From the NCBI GenBank assembly GCA_031292385.1, contig JARLHE010000040.1, positions 34,471 through 98,470 of the forward strand: DNA of 64,000 nt, written 5' to 3'. This document shows, piece by piece, positions 17,693 to 26,556 of this stretch (its first letter is position 1; the number at the start of each line of letters is the position of its first letter). The position numbers and the translations under genes are program-made. Below the pieces are notes generated by a model. The model had not been told where the DNA came from and searched no databases. It saw only the letters and a program-made list of their open reading frames with translations. Source of the DNA: Oligoflexia bacterium (GTDB lineage Bacteria; Bdellovibrionota; UBA1018).

Positions 17693-17850
17693 AGTTTTGA
17701 GGTCGGCCATCCTTGGTCATTCCGTTTTCGTCCGAAGAGTCCAATACGCAAATTCCGGCGTGTGTAAATGAAATGGGCTAGCAGCTCCTTCGGGAGGTGC
17801 TAGCCCACTAGTCATCATTTTCGAAGCGATTTCACGGATCGCGACGTTGT

Positions 17851-20800
17851 TCAGTGCCGCGCGACCGACGAACACTCCTTTCCTTTGCAATACACGGTTA
17901 AAGTCGCGTCGGCCGGAGCGATATTGTTGCCTAGGTCGGTCTGCAAGGCGCCGACCGGCAACTCGTTGTGGAAGTGGCCCTTGCAATTCCCGATCACGTA
18001 CAACGTCACCGTACAGGAGCCGTTGGCCGGGATCGAGCCACCCTTCAAGGTCACACTTCCCGTTTTGGATATGACCTTTCCTCCGCAAGTGGTTTTGGCG
18101 TAACCGGCGTTTTCCAAGCCGTCAGGCAAATAGTCAGTAAGCGGAGCCGTCAGCTTGGCGATCGTGTTGTTCGGGTTGCTCAGGGTAATGGTCAAGACCG
18201 ATGCCTGTCCCTTTTTGATTTTGTCCGGACAGAACGACTTGCTGAGCGTAGGTGGAATGGTCACGGGAGTCGGAAGAACGGTCAACGTCGCGATGGCCGG
18301 CGCGGCGTTGTTGCCTGCGCTTGTCTGCAAGGCGCCGATGGCCAACGTGTCGATGTAATTGCCTCCGCTGGCAACGGTCACGGGCACCGTTATCGTGCAG
18401 GAGCCGTTGGCCGGGATCGCACCTCCCGTCAATGTCACCGTTGAAGCGCCGGTACTGACCACACCTCCGCAGGTATTGCTGGCGCTGCCGGAAACCACGA
18501 CACCGCTGGGTAACGTGTCCGTAAGCGGCGAGGTCAGGCTCGCAGCCGTTGCGTTGGTGTTGCTGAGGGTGATGGTGAGAGTCGAAGCACCGCCCGAAGG
18601 AATCGTCGCCGGGCTGAAGGCCTTGCCAAGCGTGACGGTAGAGGGAATGGAAACCGTCAACGTCGCGATGGCCGGAGCGGTATTGCTTCCGCTACTGGTC
18701 TGCAATGCACCGACGGCAAGCGAATCGATGTAGTTGCCGCCGTTCGCCGCGGTCACGGGCACCGTCACGGTACAGGATCCGTTAGCCGGGATCGATCCTC
18801 CGGTCAGAGTCACCGTCGACGAGCTTGTGGTGACCGTGCCGCCACAAGTGTTGCTCCCGCTACCTGAGACTACGAGTCCGCTAGGCAACGTATCGGTAAA
18901 CGGCGAGGTTAATGCCGCGGCTGTCGCGTTGGCGTTGCTCAGGGTAACGGTGAGAGTCGATGTACCGCCCGCCGCGATCGTTGCAGGGCTGAAAGCCTTG
19001 CCCAACGAGGGCGCGACCACCGGCGTGATCACCGTCAGGGTAGCGATGGCCGGGGCGGTATTATTGCCGTTGCTCGTCTGCAAGGAGCCAGCGGGCAGGG
19101 TGTCGATGTAGTTGCCGCCGTTCGCCGCGGTCACGGGTACCGTCACCGTGCAGGAGCTGTTAGCCGGGATCGCTCCTCCGGTCAGCGTCACCGTCGAAGA
19201 GCTTGTGGTGACCGTGCCGCCACAAGTGTTGCTCCCGCTACCTGAGACTACGAGTCCGCTAGGCAGCGTATCGGTAAACGGAGCGCTTAAGCTCGCGGCC
19301 GTCGCGTTGGTGTTGCTCAAGGTAATGGTGAGCGTCGAGCTTCCGCCCGCATTGATCGTGGCCGGGCTGAAGGCTTTGCCCAGCGCGGGCGCGACCTCTG
19401 GCGTATTGACGGTCAATGTCGCGATTGCTGGAAACGCATTGATTCCGTTGCTGGTTTGCAGGGAACCGGCGGCGATCGAGTCGATATAGTTGCCCCCATT
19501 AGCGGCAGTCACGGGTACCGTGACCGTGCAGGAGCCGTTGGCCGGGATCGATCCGCCCGTCAGGGTTACCGTAGAAGTCGTTGTAGTGACCGTGCCGCCA
19601 CAAGTGCTGCTCCCGCTGCCAGAGACGGCAACACCACTTGGCAGCGTGTCGGTGAACGGCGAGGTCAGGCTCGCGGCCGCCGAATCAGCGTTGCTCAGGG
19701 TAATGGTGAGGGTCGAGGTACCTCCCGCATCGATAATCGCTGGGCCAAATGCTTTGCCGAGAGTCGGCGCTATCACGGGAGCGACGACCGTTAAGGTCGC
19801 AACCGCTGGAGCGGCATTGGCGCCGTTACTGGTCTGCAATGCGCCGGCAGCCAATGAGTTGATGTAGTTGCCGCCGTTTGGCGCGGTCACAGGTACCGTG
19901 ACCGTGCACGAGCCGTTGGCCGGGATCGCTCCAGCCGATAGGGTCACTGTCGAGGAGGTCGTGGTCACCGTACCGCCGCAGGTGTCGCTGCCGCTGCCGG
20001 AGACGGTAACACCGCTCGGCAATGTGTCGGTGAGCGGCGAGGTGATGCTCGCGGCCGCCGAATCGGCGTTGCTCAGGGTAATGGTGAGGGTCGAGCTACC
20101 GCCCGCATTAATGGTGGCTGGAGCGAAGTCCTTGCCGAGCGTGGGCGCGGTGGGCGGTTGAGGAACGGTCAAGGTCGCAACTGCCGGAGCGGCGTTGCTT
20201 CCATTGCTGGTCTGCAAGGCACCGACGGCGAGCGAGTCGACGTAGCTGCCGCCGTTCGCGGCGGTCACGGGCACGGTGACCGTGCAGGAACCGCCGGCCG
20301 GGATCGAACCTCCCGTCAAAGTAATTGCTGAAGTGCTTGTCGTGATCGTACCGCCGCAGGTGGTGCTACCACTGCCGGAGATCACTACGCCGCTGGGCAA
20401 CGTATCGGTGAATGGGGAGGTTAGGCTCGCGGCCGTGGTGCCGGAGTTGCTCAACGTGATCGTGAGGGTCGATGGGTTCCCCTCGCTGACGGTGGCCGGA
20501 CTGAAGGCCTTGCCAAGAGTGATTTCAGGCAGGGCGCACACGGAGAGCGTGACGACATTGGAATCCATCGTCACCGCGCCGTTCTGAGCCAGAGTTCTGC
20601 CGGATACAGTGGCGTCGGTATTGAGCGTGATGCTCGTAAGCGCGAGAATATTTCCTATGAATGTCGTGCTTGTACCGATCGTCGCGGAGCTGCCGACTTG
20701 CCAAAAGACATTGCATTCTTGAGCACCATTAATGAGCAGCACGGACGAGCCACTCGCCGTCGTGAGTGTGCTCCCTATCTTGAAAATCCAGACCGCATTT

Positions 20801-21270
20801 GGATTGCCTTGGGCATCTAGAGTGACCGCTCCCGTCAGTTGAGCCGAGGACGAAAAGCAATAGACTCCCGGCACGAGTGTGAGTCCGCCGATATCCGTTG
20901 GAACGCCATAGGTGGTATCGCACGCCTGGCCCGCCAAATCGTTATACGCGGTAGTGGTATCGCTCTGAGCCTGAGCCGCTACCGCATCCGCCGCGTGTAT
21001 GGTCCCTCCGACCACGGTTCCCGGCGGAAAGCCCGTGACCGCCGTGCCCGGGCTGACTCCAAGATTTCCGGTCACAATGCTCGGCCCGGTATTGGTTACC
21101 GTCGAGGCTCCGAGTACGGCAAAGCTCTGCGCAGTCCCCAATGAAGGCGCGACCTGTGCCCACGCCGCATGAAATGAGGGGGCAAAAGGAAACGCGGCGA
21201 TCGCGCCGATAAACGCAAACTTCGCAAAAACGCTTTTAAAAATTCTAGTTCGAACGATGGGACTTTTCAT
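17851..21270 (-). CDS. large secreted surface protein: ice-binding-like DUF3494 beta-helix head + ~8 DUF11 repeats
   Basis: Signal peptide MKSPIVRTRIFKSVFAKFAFIGAIAAF. The N-terminal domain (AQSFAVLGASTVTNTGPSIVTGNLGVSPGTAVTGFPPG...AQSDTTTAYNDLA) matches the DUF3494 IBP-like consensus. It is followed by ~125-aa repeats with TDTLPSG..VSGSGS.TCGG...SCTVTVPVTA (DUF11-like). The track's ORF start at 21360 is an unsupported extension. Confidence 0.8.
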   Translation of the reverse strand: MKSPIVRTRIFKSVFAKFAFIGAIAAFPFAPSFHAAWAQVAPSLGTAQSFAVLGASTVTNTGPSIVTGNLGVSPGTAVTGFPPGTVVGGTIHAADAVAAQAQSDTTTAYNDLAGQACDTTYGVPTDIGGLTLVPGVYCFSSSAQLTGAVTLDAQGNPNAVWIFKIGSTLTTASGSSVLLINGAQECNVFWQVGSSATIGTSTTFIGNILALTSITLNTDATVSGRTLAQNGAVTMDSNVVTLSVCALPEITLGKAFSPATVSEGNPSTLTITLSNSGTTAASLTSPFTDTLPSGVVISGSGSTTCGGTITTSTSAITLTGGSIPAGGSCTVTVPVTAANGGSYVDSLAVGALQTSNGSNAAPAVATLTVPQPPTAPTLGKDFAPATINAGGSSTLTITLSNADSAAASITSPLTDTLPSGVTVSGSGSDTCGGTVTTTSSTVTLSAGAIPANGSCTVTVPVTAPNGGNYINSLAAGALQTSNGANAAPAVATLTVVAPVIAPTLGKAFGPAIIDAGGTSTLTITLSNADSAAASLTSPFTDTLPSGVAVSGSGSSTCGGTVTTTTSTVTLTGGSIPANGSCTVTVPVTAANGGNYIDSIAAGSLQTSNGINAFPAIATLTVNTPEVAPALGKAFSPATINAGGSSTLTITLSNTNATAASLSAPFTDTLPSGLVVSGSGSNTCGGTVTTSSSTVTLTGGAIPANSSCTVTVPVTAANGGNYIDTLPAGSLQTSNGNNTAPAIATLTVITPVVAPSLGKAFSPATIAAGGTSTLTVTLSNANATAAALTSPFTDTLPSGLVVSGSGSNTCGGTVTTSSSTVTLTGGSIPANGSCTVTVPVTAANGGNYIDSLAVGALQTSSGSNTAPAIATLTVSIPSTVTLGKAFSPATIPSGGASTLTITLSNTNATAASLTSPLTDTLPSGVVVSGSASNTCGGVVSTGASTVTLTGGAIPANGSCTITVPVTVASGGNYIDTLAIGALQTSAGNNAAPAIATLTVLPTPVTIPPTLSKSFCPDKIKKGQASVLTITLSNPNNTIAKLTAPLTDYLPDGLENAGYAKTTCGGKVISKTGSVTLKGGSIPANGSCTVTLYVIGNCKGHFHNELPVGALQTDLGNNIAPADATLTVYCKGKECSSVARH
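18359..20245. repeat. five near-identical 378-bp tandem repeats inside the surface-protein gene, flanked by more diverged copies out to about 17854 and 20460
   Basis: Antisense ORFs recur at 18359, 18734, 19112, 19490 and 19868 with a 378-nt period and near-identical translations. Confidence 0.7.
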
Positions 21271-21451
21271 ATCAGGCTCCGAATGCTCATTAATAAATGA
21301 AGATGTTTCTTCCGTCAGATCTGCGATGTGACCGCGGGGCCTGTGCAGAATTGGTGCCATCGATGCATCGGGAAAAACGACTGGGCTGGCGCTACATCAC
21401 CGAGTTTCGTGCGTAGCTCGCTTCATGTTGCAATTCACGTTGCAGGAGGCA

Positions 21452-22183
21452 TTAGTTGGGTGAGTAGGATGCCGACCAAATCAAGTCGTTACCGAGTTCG
21501 CATTCGGCGTTCGGCTGGGTCAGCTGAAAGGGGCCCCAGAAAACAGGGCACGAGCATTCCGCATAGCCATTTTCGATTCGGCAGGGTGCCGTCATACATC
21601 CCGCGTAGGGCGCTTTGGGGCACTGGGTAATCCCGGATGCGCCCGAATGCGCAGCCATTGCCTCGCTCTGGGAGGTCCTCACTTGTGGGCTGAAATCGGA
21701 AATGATTTCGGCGCCGGGAATCAGTTTTCCTTGCTGGATGTAGCGGCAAACGGGGGCCTTATCTACCTGCGTTGCGCAACCACTTCCGTCCATTCCACAG
21801 ACGGAGACCGTTTCCAGATATACATCGTAGTTCAAAATGGAGTTGATGGTGACAAACTGAAGTCCCGACTCAATGGTGCACTTGCAGTTTGCAAAGCGGC
21901 CTGTTTTGTCTAGTGTGCATGGCAGAGGCTCGGGCCCTGAGTTGAAGCAAAGCGCGTAGCTGCCAGTACACGGCAAGAAGTTCGATAGCGCTTCATTCGT
22001 ATCCCGATAAGCGGGACCGTAATTCGTGGTCCAGTGCTTTGAGTAGTCCCAGAACTCCTGGGAGTCGGGGACGAAATGGACCGGCTTGCATTGGCCTTGA
22101 GCGAACGCCCCTGTTGCGGCGACGCAAAGCAGGGCGACTAAAAAAGCGAAATTCTGAATCTGTTTCACCGAAATTATCTCCAT
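21452..22183 (-). CDS. secreted cysteine-rich hypothetical protein
   Basis: Signal peptide FAFLVALLCVAATGAFAQGQ, then about 15 Cys in the mature part. Lower GC than its surroundings. Sits 181 nt upstream of the surface-protein gene on the same strand. Confidence 0.5.
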   Translation of the reverse strand: MEIISVKQIQNFAFLVALLCVAATGAFAQGQCKPVHFVPDSQEFWDYSKHWTTNYGPAYRDTNEALSNFLPCTGSYALCFNSGPEPLPCTLDKTGRFANCKCTIESGLQFVTINSILNYDVYLETVSVCGMDGSGCATQVDKAPVCRYIQQGKLIPGAEIISDFSPQVRTSQSEAMAAHSGASGITQCPKAPYAGCMTAPCRIENGYAECSCPVFWGPFQLTQPNAECELGNDLIWSASYSPN

Positions 22184-22337
22184 TTATGCTTGGGCGAGCA
22201 TGTAAACGCCATCTCTGTCGCCTTGCATAGATTCGACATTGCTCCTCATCGCAGGCGGGGTGCAGCCAAGTGCAGATGTTGTGCCACCAAAAATGCGATC
22301 ACATCGCGATCATGACTCGTGATCGGAGGCCTTAAGA

Positions 22338-22512
22338 ATGAAGAATGGCGCCCGCATTCTGTGGCGGCAACCGAAGCTGAGTCTCGCGGAGCTGGCAAAA
22401 CTACGCTGGGAATAAGGTTTAGGAGTCCGAGAAATCGCACGGCAGCTGGGTCTCTCCCATTCGTCCGTCGTTGAGCGGTTAAATCGCTGGAAAGAGCAAA
22501 ATAATGGATAGC
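22338..22512 (+). pseudogene. HTH gene fragment (IS630-type transposase or sigma70-region4-like N-terminus) with in-frame TAA
   Basis: MKNGARILWRQPKLSLAELAKLRWE-TAA-GLGVREIARQLGLSHSSVVERLNRWKEQNNG reads in one frame, interrupted by TAA at 22413 and ending after 58 codons. Confidence 0.4.
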
Positions 22513-22758
22513 GCTATCGACAAGTTCATCACGTTGGCGACGGCGCGGGTGGTTTCGTTGCGCCCCGGGTGCCATTCCTTTTTATCTAATTATATTATAA
22601 TTATACAATGACGTGACGTATCGCGTTAATCTCGCTTGCGTAAAGTCTGAGAATACTATGGCTTCCAGCTCGGTTAATTAGTCCTCGGTAAATCAAGGGG
22701 AGGTATCCTCTCTTACGAAACCCGGGCAGTATCTACGTCCCGACATAGGAGAAAATTT

Positions 22759-23159
22759 ATGAAAAAAGTGGTTTGATTTTTGTTTCAACAGCTCTCACGC
22801 TTTTGAGTTTAAACGCTTTTTCAAAAAGCAACCTCAACGGAGGTACTAGCGCTTCCGATCTCCAACAGCTTCTTTCCGAGTTACAATTGCCTTCAGGCTG
22901 CACACTTGGTTTGACGTCGAATGGCTCAGGCTTTGATGTGACTCTGAGCACGCCAAACGGAACGGGACACGCTACCGTCAGCAACAATGACCAGTTCTCA
23001 AATGCCCGAACGACGACGTACGGTGCCGATGGTATTACTGTTTCGGGTCAAGCCAGCTCAGGTGATAACATAACGTATGTTGAGACCGTCGACGATTCCG
23101 ATAACGACGTCTTCGTGAGCCTTCAAGTGGGTTCCGCAAATTGTGCCGCACAGCCATAA
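22759..23159 (+). pseudogene. small secreted protein gene disrupted (or phase-switched) at an A6 tract
   Basis: AGGAG, then ATG at 22759, then AAAAAA, then a stop after 5 codons. One extra A would give MKKSGLIFVSTALTLLSLNAFS... in frame with the 128-aa ORF at 22773-23159. Confidence 0.45.
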
Positions 23160-23340
23160 CCTCGTTGCTGAATAAAACTCCACTCCAGGTCAGCTAGCGA
23201 AGGCGCCGGGGGCGTGAACGGTTTATCTTACTAGGTCCGTCGCCACTTGTCCTTGTAGCTCGGCGGTGAATTTGTTTTTGGTGGTGGAAGGTTCAATAGA
23301 AATCATTTGGTCGAAGCTAAAAACCAATTTCAGCAAACAA

Positions 23341-23380
23341 AAAGGGCCGAGGGAGAGCATCCCTTGGCCTTTTCTTTTTT
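23341..23380. terminator. bidirectional rho-independent terminator hairpin
   Basis: aaagggccgaggg/cccttggcctttt stem with T-runs on both strands. Confidence 0.45.
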
Positions 23381-23455
23381 CGGGGTTGACCAGTCGTTCC
23401 GCCGCCATTTGGCGGGCTCGGATTTGACGGTCAAAAGTGCGTCTGATTTTAGAAT

Positions 23456-23475
23456 TGGCGCGCCCGGAGAGATTC
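23456..23475. repeat. exact 20-nt direct copy of the tRNA-Arg 3' end (att-like scar)
   Basis: tggcgcgcccggagagattc is identical to 23807-23826. Confidence 0.75.
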
Positions 23476-23582
23476 ACTTTTCGCGTTCGTGCGAAAAGTA
23501 GCTCCTTGATGAGGTCGGCCCATCCTGGGTCTCCTTCTTTTTATTGTTTTGCTTCGCAAAACGGGTCGTCGAACTCCACTCC

Positions 23583-23601
23583 GCGCGTCCGGAGAGATTC
23601 G
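23583..23601. repeat. degenerate direct copy of the tRNA-Arg 3' end (1 mismatch in 19 nt)
   Basis: gcgcgTccggagagattcg versus gcgcgCccggagagattcg. Confidence 0.55.
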
Positions 23602-23760
23602 GCCTTCGCCTCTTCGCTCCTGCTCAGAGGCTCGGCATGGACAATTTGCTAAGTCGCGCTTCCTGCGCGCCTTGCCTCGCCAGACTCTCCGCTGGAGAGT
23701 CCGTCGCGGCCGCAAATTCTCGTTCGAATCTCTTCGGGAACAACAATCTATGAAAATGAA

Positions 23761-23800
23761 AAAGGGCAGGAACGTTCGTTCCCGCCCTTTTTCATTTTGT
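23761..23800. terminator. terminator hairpin immediately 3' of tRNA-Arg (bidirectional)
   Basis: aaagggcaggaacg/cgttcccgcccttt stem followed by tttttcatttt; the reverse strand also ends in a T-run. Confidence 0.55.
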
Positions 23801-23806
23801 AGATTA

Positions 23807-23883
23807 TGGCGCGCCCGGAGAGATTCGAACTCCCGACCAACTGGTTCGAAGCCAGCTACTCTATCCAACTGAGCTACGGGCGC
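23807..23883 (-). tRNA. tRNA-Arg (anticodon TCG)
   Basis: 77-nt cloverleaf on the minus strand, GCGCCCG-TA-GCTC-AGTTGGATAGA-GTAG-CTGG CTTCGAA CCAG...CGGGCGC-G-CCA. The anticodon loop CTTCGAA gives UCG. CCA is encoded. Confidence 0.85.
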
Positions 23884-23930
23884 CCCGGTTTTCTGACAGA
23901 AAGATTACTTAACCTAAGCCCTGGATGCGG

Positions 23931-24896
23931 TCAATGCGCGTGAGCGCAATCATAGCACCGCTCGGAGCTGAAGCGCTCCGGGTGCTCGACCTGGATGGTT
24001 GTATGAATGATTCCGTGATCTTCTTCCAGAAGGTGATTGGCGGCTGAGATCACCTGTTCGGGCTCTTGAGAGGTAATAATGTGGACGCTTAAGGCAAGTC
24101 TGCCGCTGGCCACGGCCCAGATGTGCAGGTCGTGCACTTCGGTCACGCCGGGGAGGGTCGCGAGGTCGTGAAGGACGCGCTCCGGGTCGATGCCTTCGGG
24201 GGTGCGCTCCATGAGCACGTTCACCGCTTCGCGCACGAGGCCCCAGGAACTCCAAAGCATGAGCGCGGCGGCGACCATCGTGATGATCGGATCGACCATG
24301 TGCCAGCCGGTGAACCAGATCACGGCACCGGCGACGACGGCGCTCAAGCTTCCGAGCGCGTCCGAGAGAACGTGAAGGTAGGCGGCTTTCACATTCATAT
24401 TGCCGTGGCTTGAGCCGTGGAGCATTTTCATGCTCAATAAATTCGCCGCAAGACCGATGGTGGCGATGACGAGCAAAATTCCGCCTTGAACCGCTGGAGG
24501 GTTTTGCAGGCGGACGATCGCTTCGTAAACCAGGAGGCCAGAAATCAGCCAGATTCCGAGCCCGCTTGCGAGCGCACCCAGGATTTCGGCGCGGTAATAG
24601 CCAAAGCTCATGCGCGCGGTCTTGGGCCGCTCGGATATCCAGATCGCGAAAAGACTGAAGGCCATCGCCGCGACATCGGCGCCCATGTGCAGGCCATCCG
24701 TCATGAGCGCGAGCGAGTTGGCGATGTAGCCGCCAAAAAGCTCGAGCAGCATGAAGATCGCCGTGACGACGATCGCTTTTCTGAGCGCTCCGGGGGCCGC
24801 GCCCGCGCCATGGGAGTGCGAATGACCGTGCGCGTGCGCATGGGAACGGTCATGAGCATGGGAATGCTCGTGCTGGTGCTCGTGATCCGAACTCAT
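23931..24896 (-). CDS. cation diffusion facilitator (CDF) family metal efflux transporter
   Basis: His-rich N-terminus (HEHQHEHSHAHDRSHAHAHGHSHSHG), six TM helices, and a C-terminal cytoplasmic domain with a His-rich tail. Confidence 0.85.
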   Translation of the reverse strand: MSSDHEHQHEHSHAHDRSHAHAHGHSHSHGAGAAPGALRKAIVVTAIFMLLELFGGYIANSLALMTDGLHMGADVAAMAFSLFAIWISERPKTARMSFGYYRAEILGALASGLGIWLISGLLVYEAIVRLQNPPAVQGGILLVIATIGLAANLLSMKMLHGSSHGNMNVKAAYLHVLSDALGSLSAVVAGAVIWFTGWHMVDPIITMVAAALMLWSSWGLVREAVNVLMERTPEGIDPERVLHDLATLPGVTEVHDLHIWAVASGRLALSVHIITSQEPEQVISAANHLLEEDHGIIHTTIQVEHPERFSSERCYDCAHAH

Positions 24897-25324
24897 GTCA
24901 AAATCCGGTTCAAGACCTTAACCGATTCATAGCAAGCCTGGGCGGCTTCGCGCCCTTTGTTGCCGGCGCCGTTTTTGGCGCGGATTTCGGCCTGCTCGTC
25001 GGTGTAGGTCGTGAGGATGCCGAAGGTGATCGGGGTTTCCGTCGCCAGGCTTGCCTGCATGAGGCCCATCGAGGCACCTAAGCTGATGAATTCAAAATGC
25101 GCGGTATCTCCTTTGATCACGCAGCCCAGGCAGATGACGCCTGCGTATTTTTTCGTGCGCGCGAGCGATTGGGCGATTAGCGGGATTTCGAATGCTCCGG
25201 GAGCATCGAAAATATCGTCCAGGCTTGGTTCCACGCCCTTTTCTTTCAAGTATTCGATTGAGCCCGCGAGCAGGCCATCGGTGATTTCGGTATTGTAACG
25301 GCTAACGACGATCGCGAATTTCAT
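24893..25324 (-). CDS. ribH: 6,7-dimethyl-8-ribityllumazine synthase
   Basis: MKFAIVVSRYNTEITDGLLAGS...GAFEIP...GVICLGCVIKGDTAHFEFI matches lumazine synthase. Confidence 0.9.
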   Translation of the reverse strand: MKFAIVVSRYNTEITDGLLAGSIEYLKEKGVEPSLDDIFDAPGAFEIPLIAQSLARTKKYAGVICLGCVIKGDTAHFEFISLGASMGLMQASLATETPITFGILTTYTDEQAEIRAKNGAGNKGREAAQACYESVKVLNRILT

Positions 25325-26556
25325 TTGTTCTTTTCCAGGCTCTTTTCGAGGGTGAGGGCATGCCCAAGTTTATCGCGCTTGGTGGTGAGGTAAGTCAAAT
25401 TCCAAGGATTGGACGGCGCTTCGATCGGAACGCGCTCAACCACCTCGAGCCCGTAGCCGTCGAGCCCGACGATCTTTTTCGGGTTATTGGTGAGGAGCCG
25501 GATTTTCGTAACGCCCAGATGTTTCAAAATCTGCGCGCCCAGTCCGTAGTGGCGAAGGTCGGCCTGAAAGCCCAGGTGGCGATTGGCTTCCACCGTATCC
25601 ATTCCCTGGTCTTGCAAGGCGTAGGCACGGATCTTATTGCCCAGGCCGATACCGCGCCCTTCGTGTCGGCGCATATAGACCAAAACTCCGTTGCCGCTGG
25701 CCGCGATCTGCGCGAGCGCGCTTTGAAGCTGCGCGCCGCAATCGCATCGGAGCGAGCCTAAGGCATCGCCGGTCAGGCATTCGGAGTGCACGCGCACGAG
25801 CGCCGGATTGGTGAGCGGGCCTTTCACTAACGCGAGGTGCTCCGTGCCGTCGATCTTGCTTCGGAAGGCGTGGAGCTCGAATTCGCCGTTTTCGGAAAAC
25901 GCGGAAGGAAAGCGGGTTTTCGCGAGGTCTTCGATCAAGGATTCGGTTTGCATGCGGGCCGCGATCACATCGCGGATCGAAACGATGGGAAGGCCGTGCT
26001 CGGCGGCGAAGATTTTCAGATCCGGAAGGCGCGCCATCGTGCCGTCGTCTTTCATGATTTCGCAGATCACCGCCGCGGGCTTGAGTCCCCCCATGCGCAT
26101 CAGATCGATCGAGCCTTCGGTGTGCCCGGCGCGCACCAGAACGCCGCCATCGACCGCTTTGAGCGGAAAAATATGCCCTGGGCTGGAGATGTCTTCGGCC
26201 GTCGTCGACGGATCGGCCGCGACTTGAATCGTGCGCGCGCGATCGTGAGCCGAGATGCCGGTCGTGATCCCGGTTTTCGCTTCGATCGAAACGGTGAAGG
26301 CGGTTTGGCGGGGCGAGCCGTTTCGGGCGGCCATTTGCGGCAATTTCAGCGCATCGACGCGAGAGGCTTCAAGTGGCAGGCAGATCAGCCCGCGTCCGAA
26401 GCGGGCCATGAAATTCACGGCTTCGGCGGTCGCGAACTCGGCCGCGAGTACCAGATCGCCTTCATTTTCCCGGTCCTCGTCGTCGACCAGGATGACCATT
26501 TTGCCTTTTTTCAGGGCTTCTAGCGCGACTTTAACTGATTCTGGTAAGGCTGGCAT
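25321..26556 (-). CDS. ribBA: bifunctional 3,4-dihydroxy-2-butanone-4-phosphate synthase / GTP cyclohydrolase II
   Basis: N-terminal DHBP synthase (VDDEDRENEGDLV) and C-terminal GCH-II with a CxxGDxxxSxRCDC-type motif (CLTGDALGSLRCDC). Confidence 0.9.
   Translation of the reverse strand: MPALPESVKVALEALKKGKMVILVDDEDRENEGDLVLAAEFATAEAVNFMARFGRGLICLPLEASRVDALKLPQMAARNGSPRQTAFTVSIEAKTGITTGISAHDRARTIQVAADPSTTAEDISSPGHIFPLKAVDGGVLVRAGHTEGSIDLMRMGGLKPAAVICEIMKDDGTMARLPDLKIFAAEHGLPIVSIRDVIAARMQTESLIEDLAKTRFPSAFSENGEFELHAFRSKIDGTEHLALVKGPLTNPALVRVHSECLTGDALGSLRCDCGAQLQSALAQIAASGNGVLVYMRRHEGRGIGLGNKIRAYALQDQGMDTVEANRHLGFQADLRHYGLGAQILKHLGVTKIRLLTNNPKKIVGLDGYGLEVVERVPIEAPSNPWNLTYLTTKRDKLGHALTLEKSLEKNK

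Noticed and set aside
18359-20587. Six plus-strand ORFs of ~125 aa (18359, 18734, 19112, 19490, 19868, 20276) with near-identical translations
   Set aside because: They lie antisense to the 378-bp tandem repeats of the minus-strand surface-protein gene. They have no start-site signals and are explained entirely by repeat periodicity and high GC.
23449-23868. 139-aa minus-strand ORF (plus the 23544-23872 plus-strand ORFs) spanning tRNA-Arg and its 3'-end repeats
   Set aside because: It covers a tRNA, two terminator hairpins and att-like repeats. The translation is Arg-rich low complexity.
25837-26523. 228-aa plus-strand ORF (and 25360-25761, 25808-26227) antisense to ribBA
   Set aside because: ribBA is unambiguous on the minus strand. 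These are GC-driven open frames.
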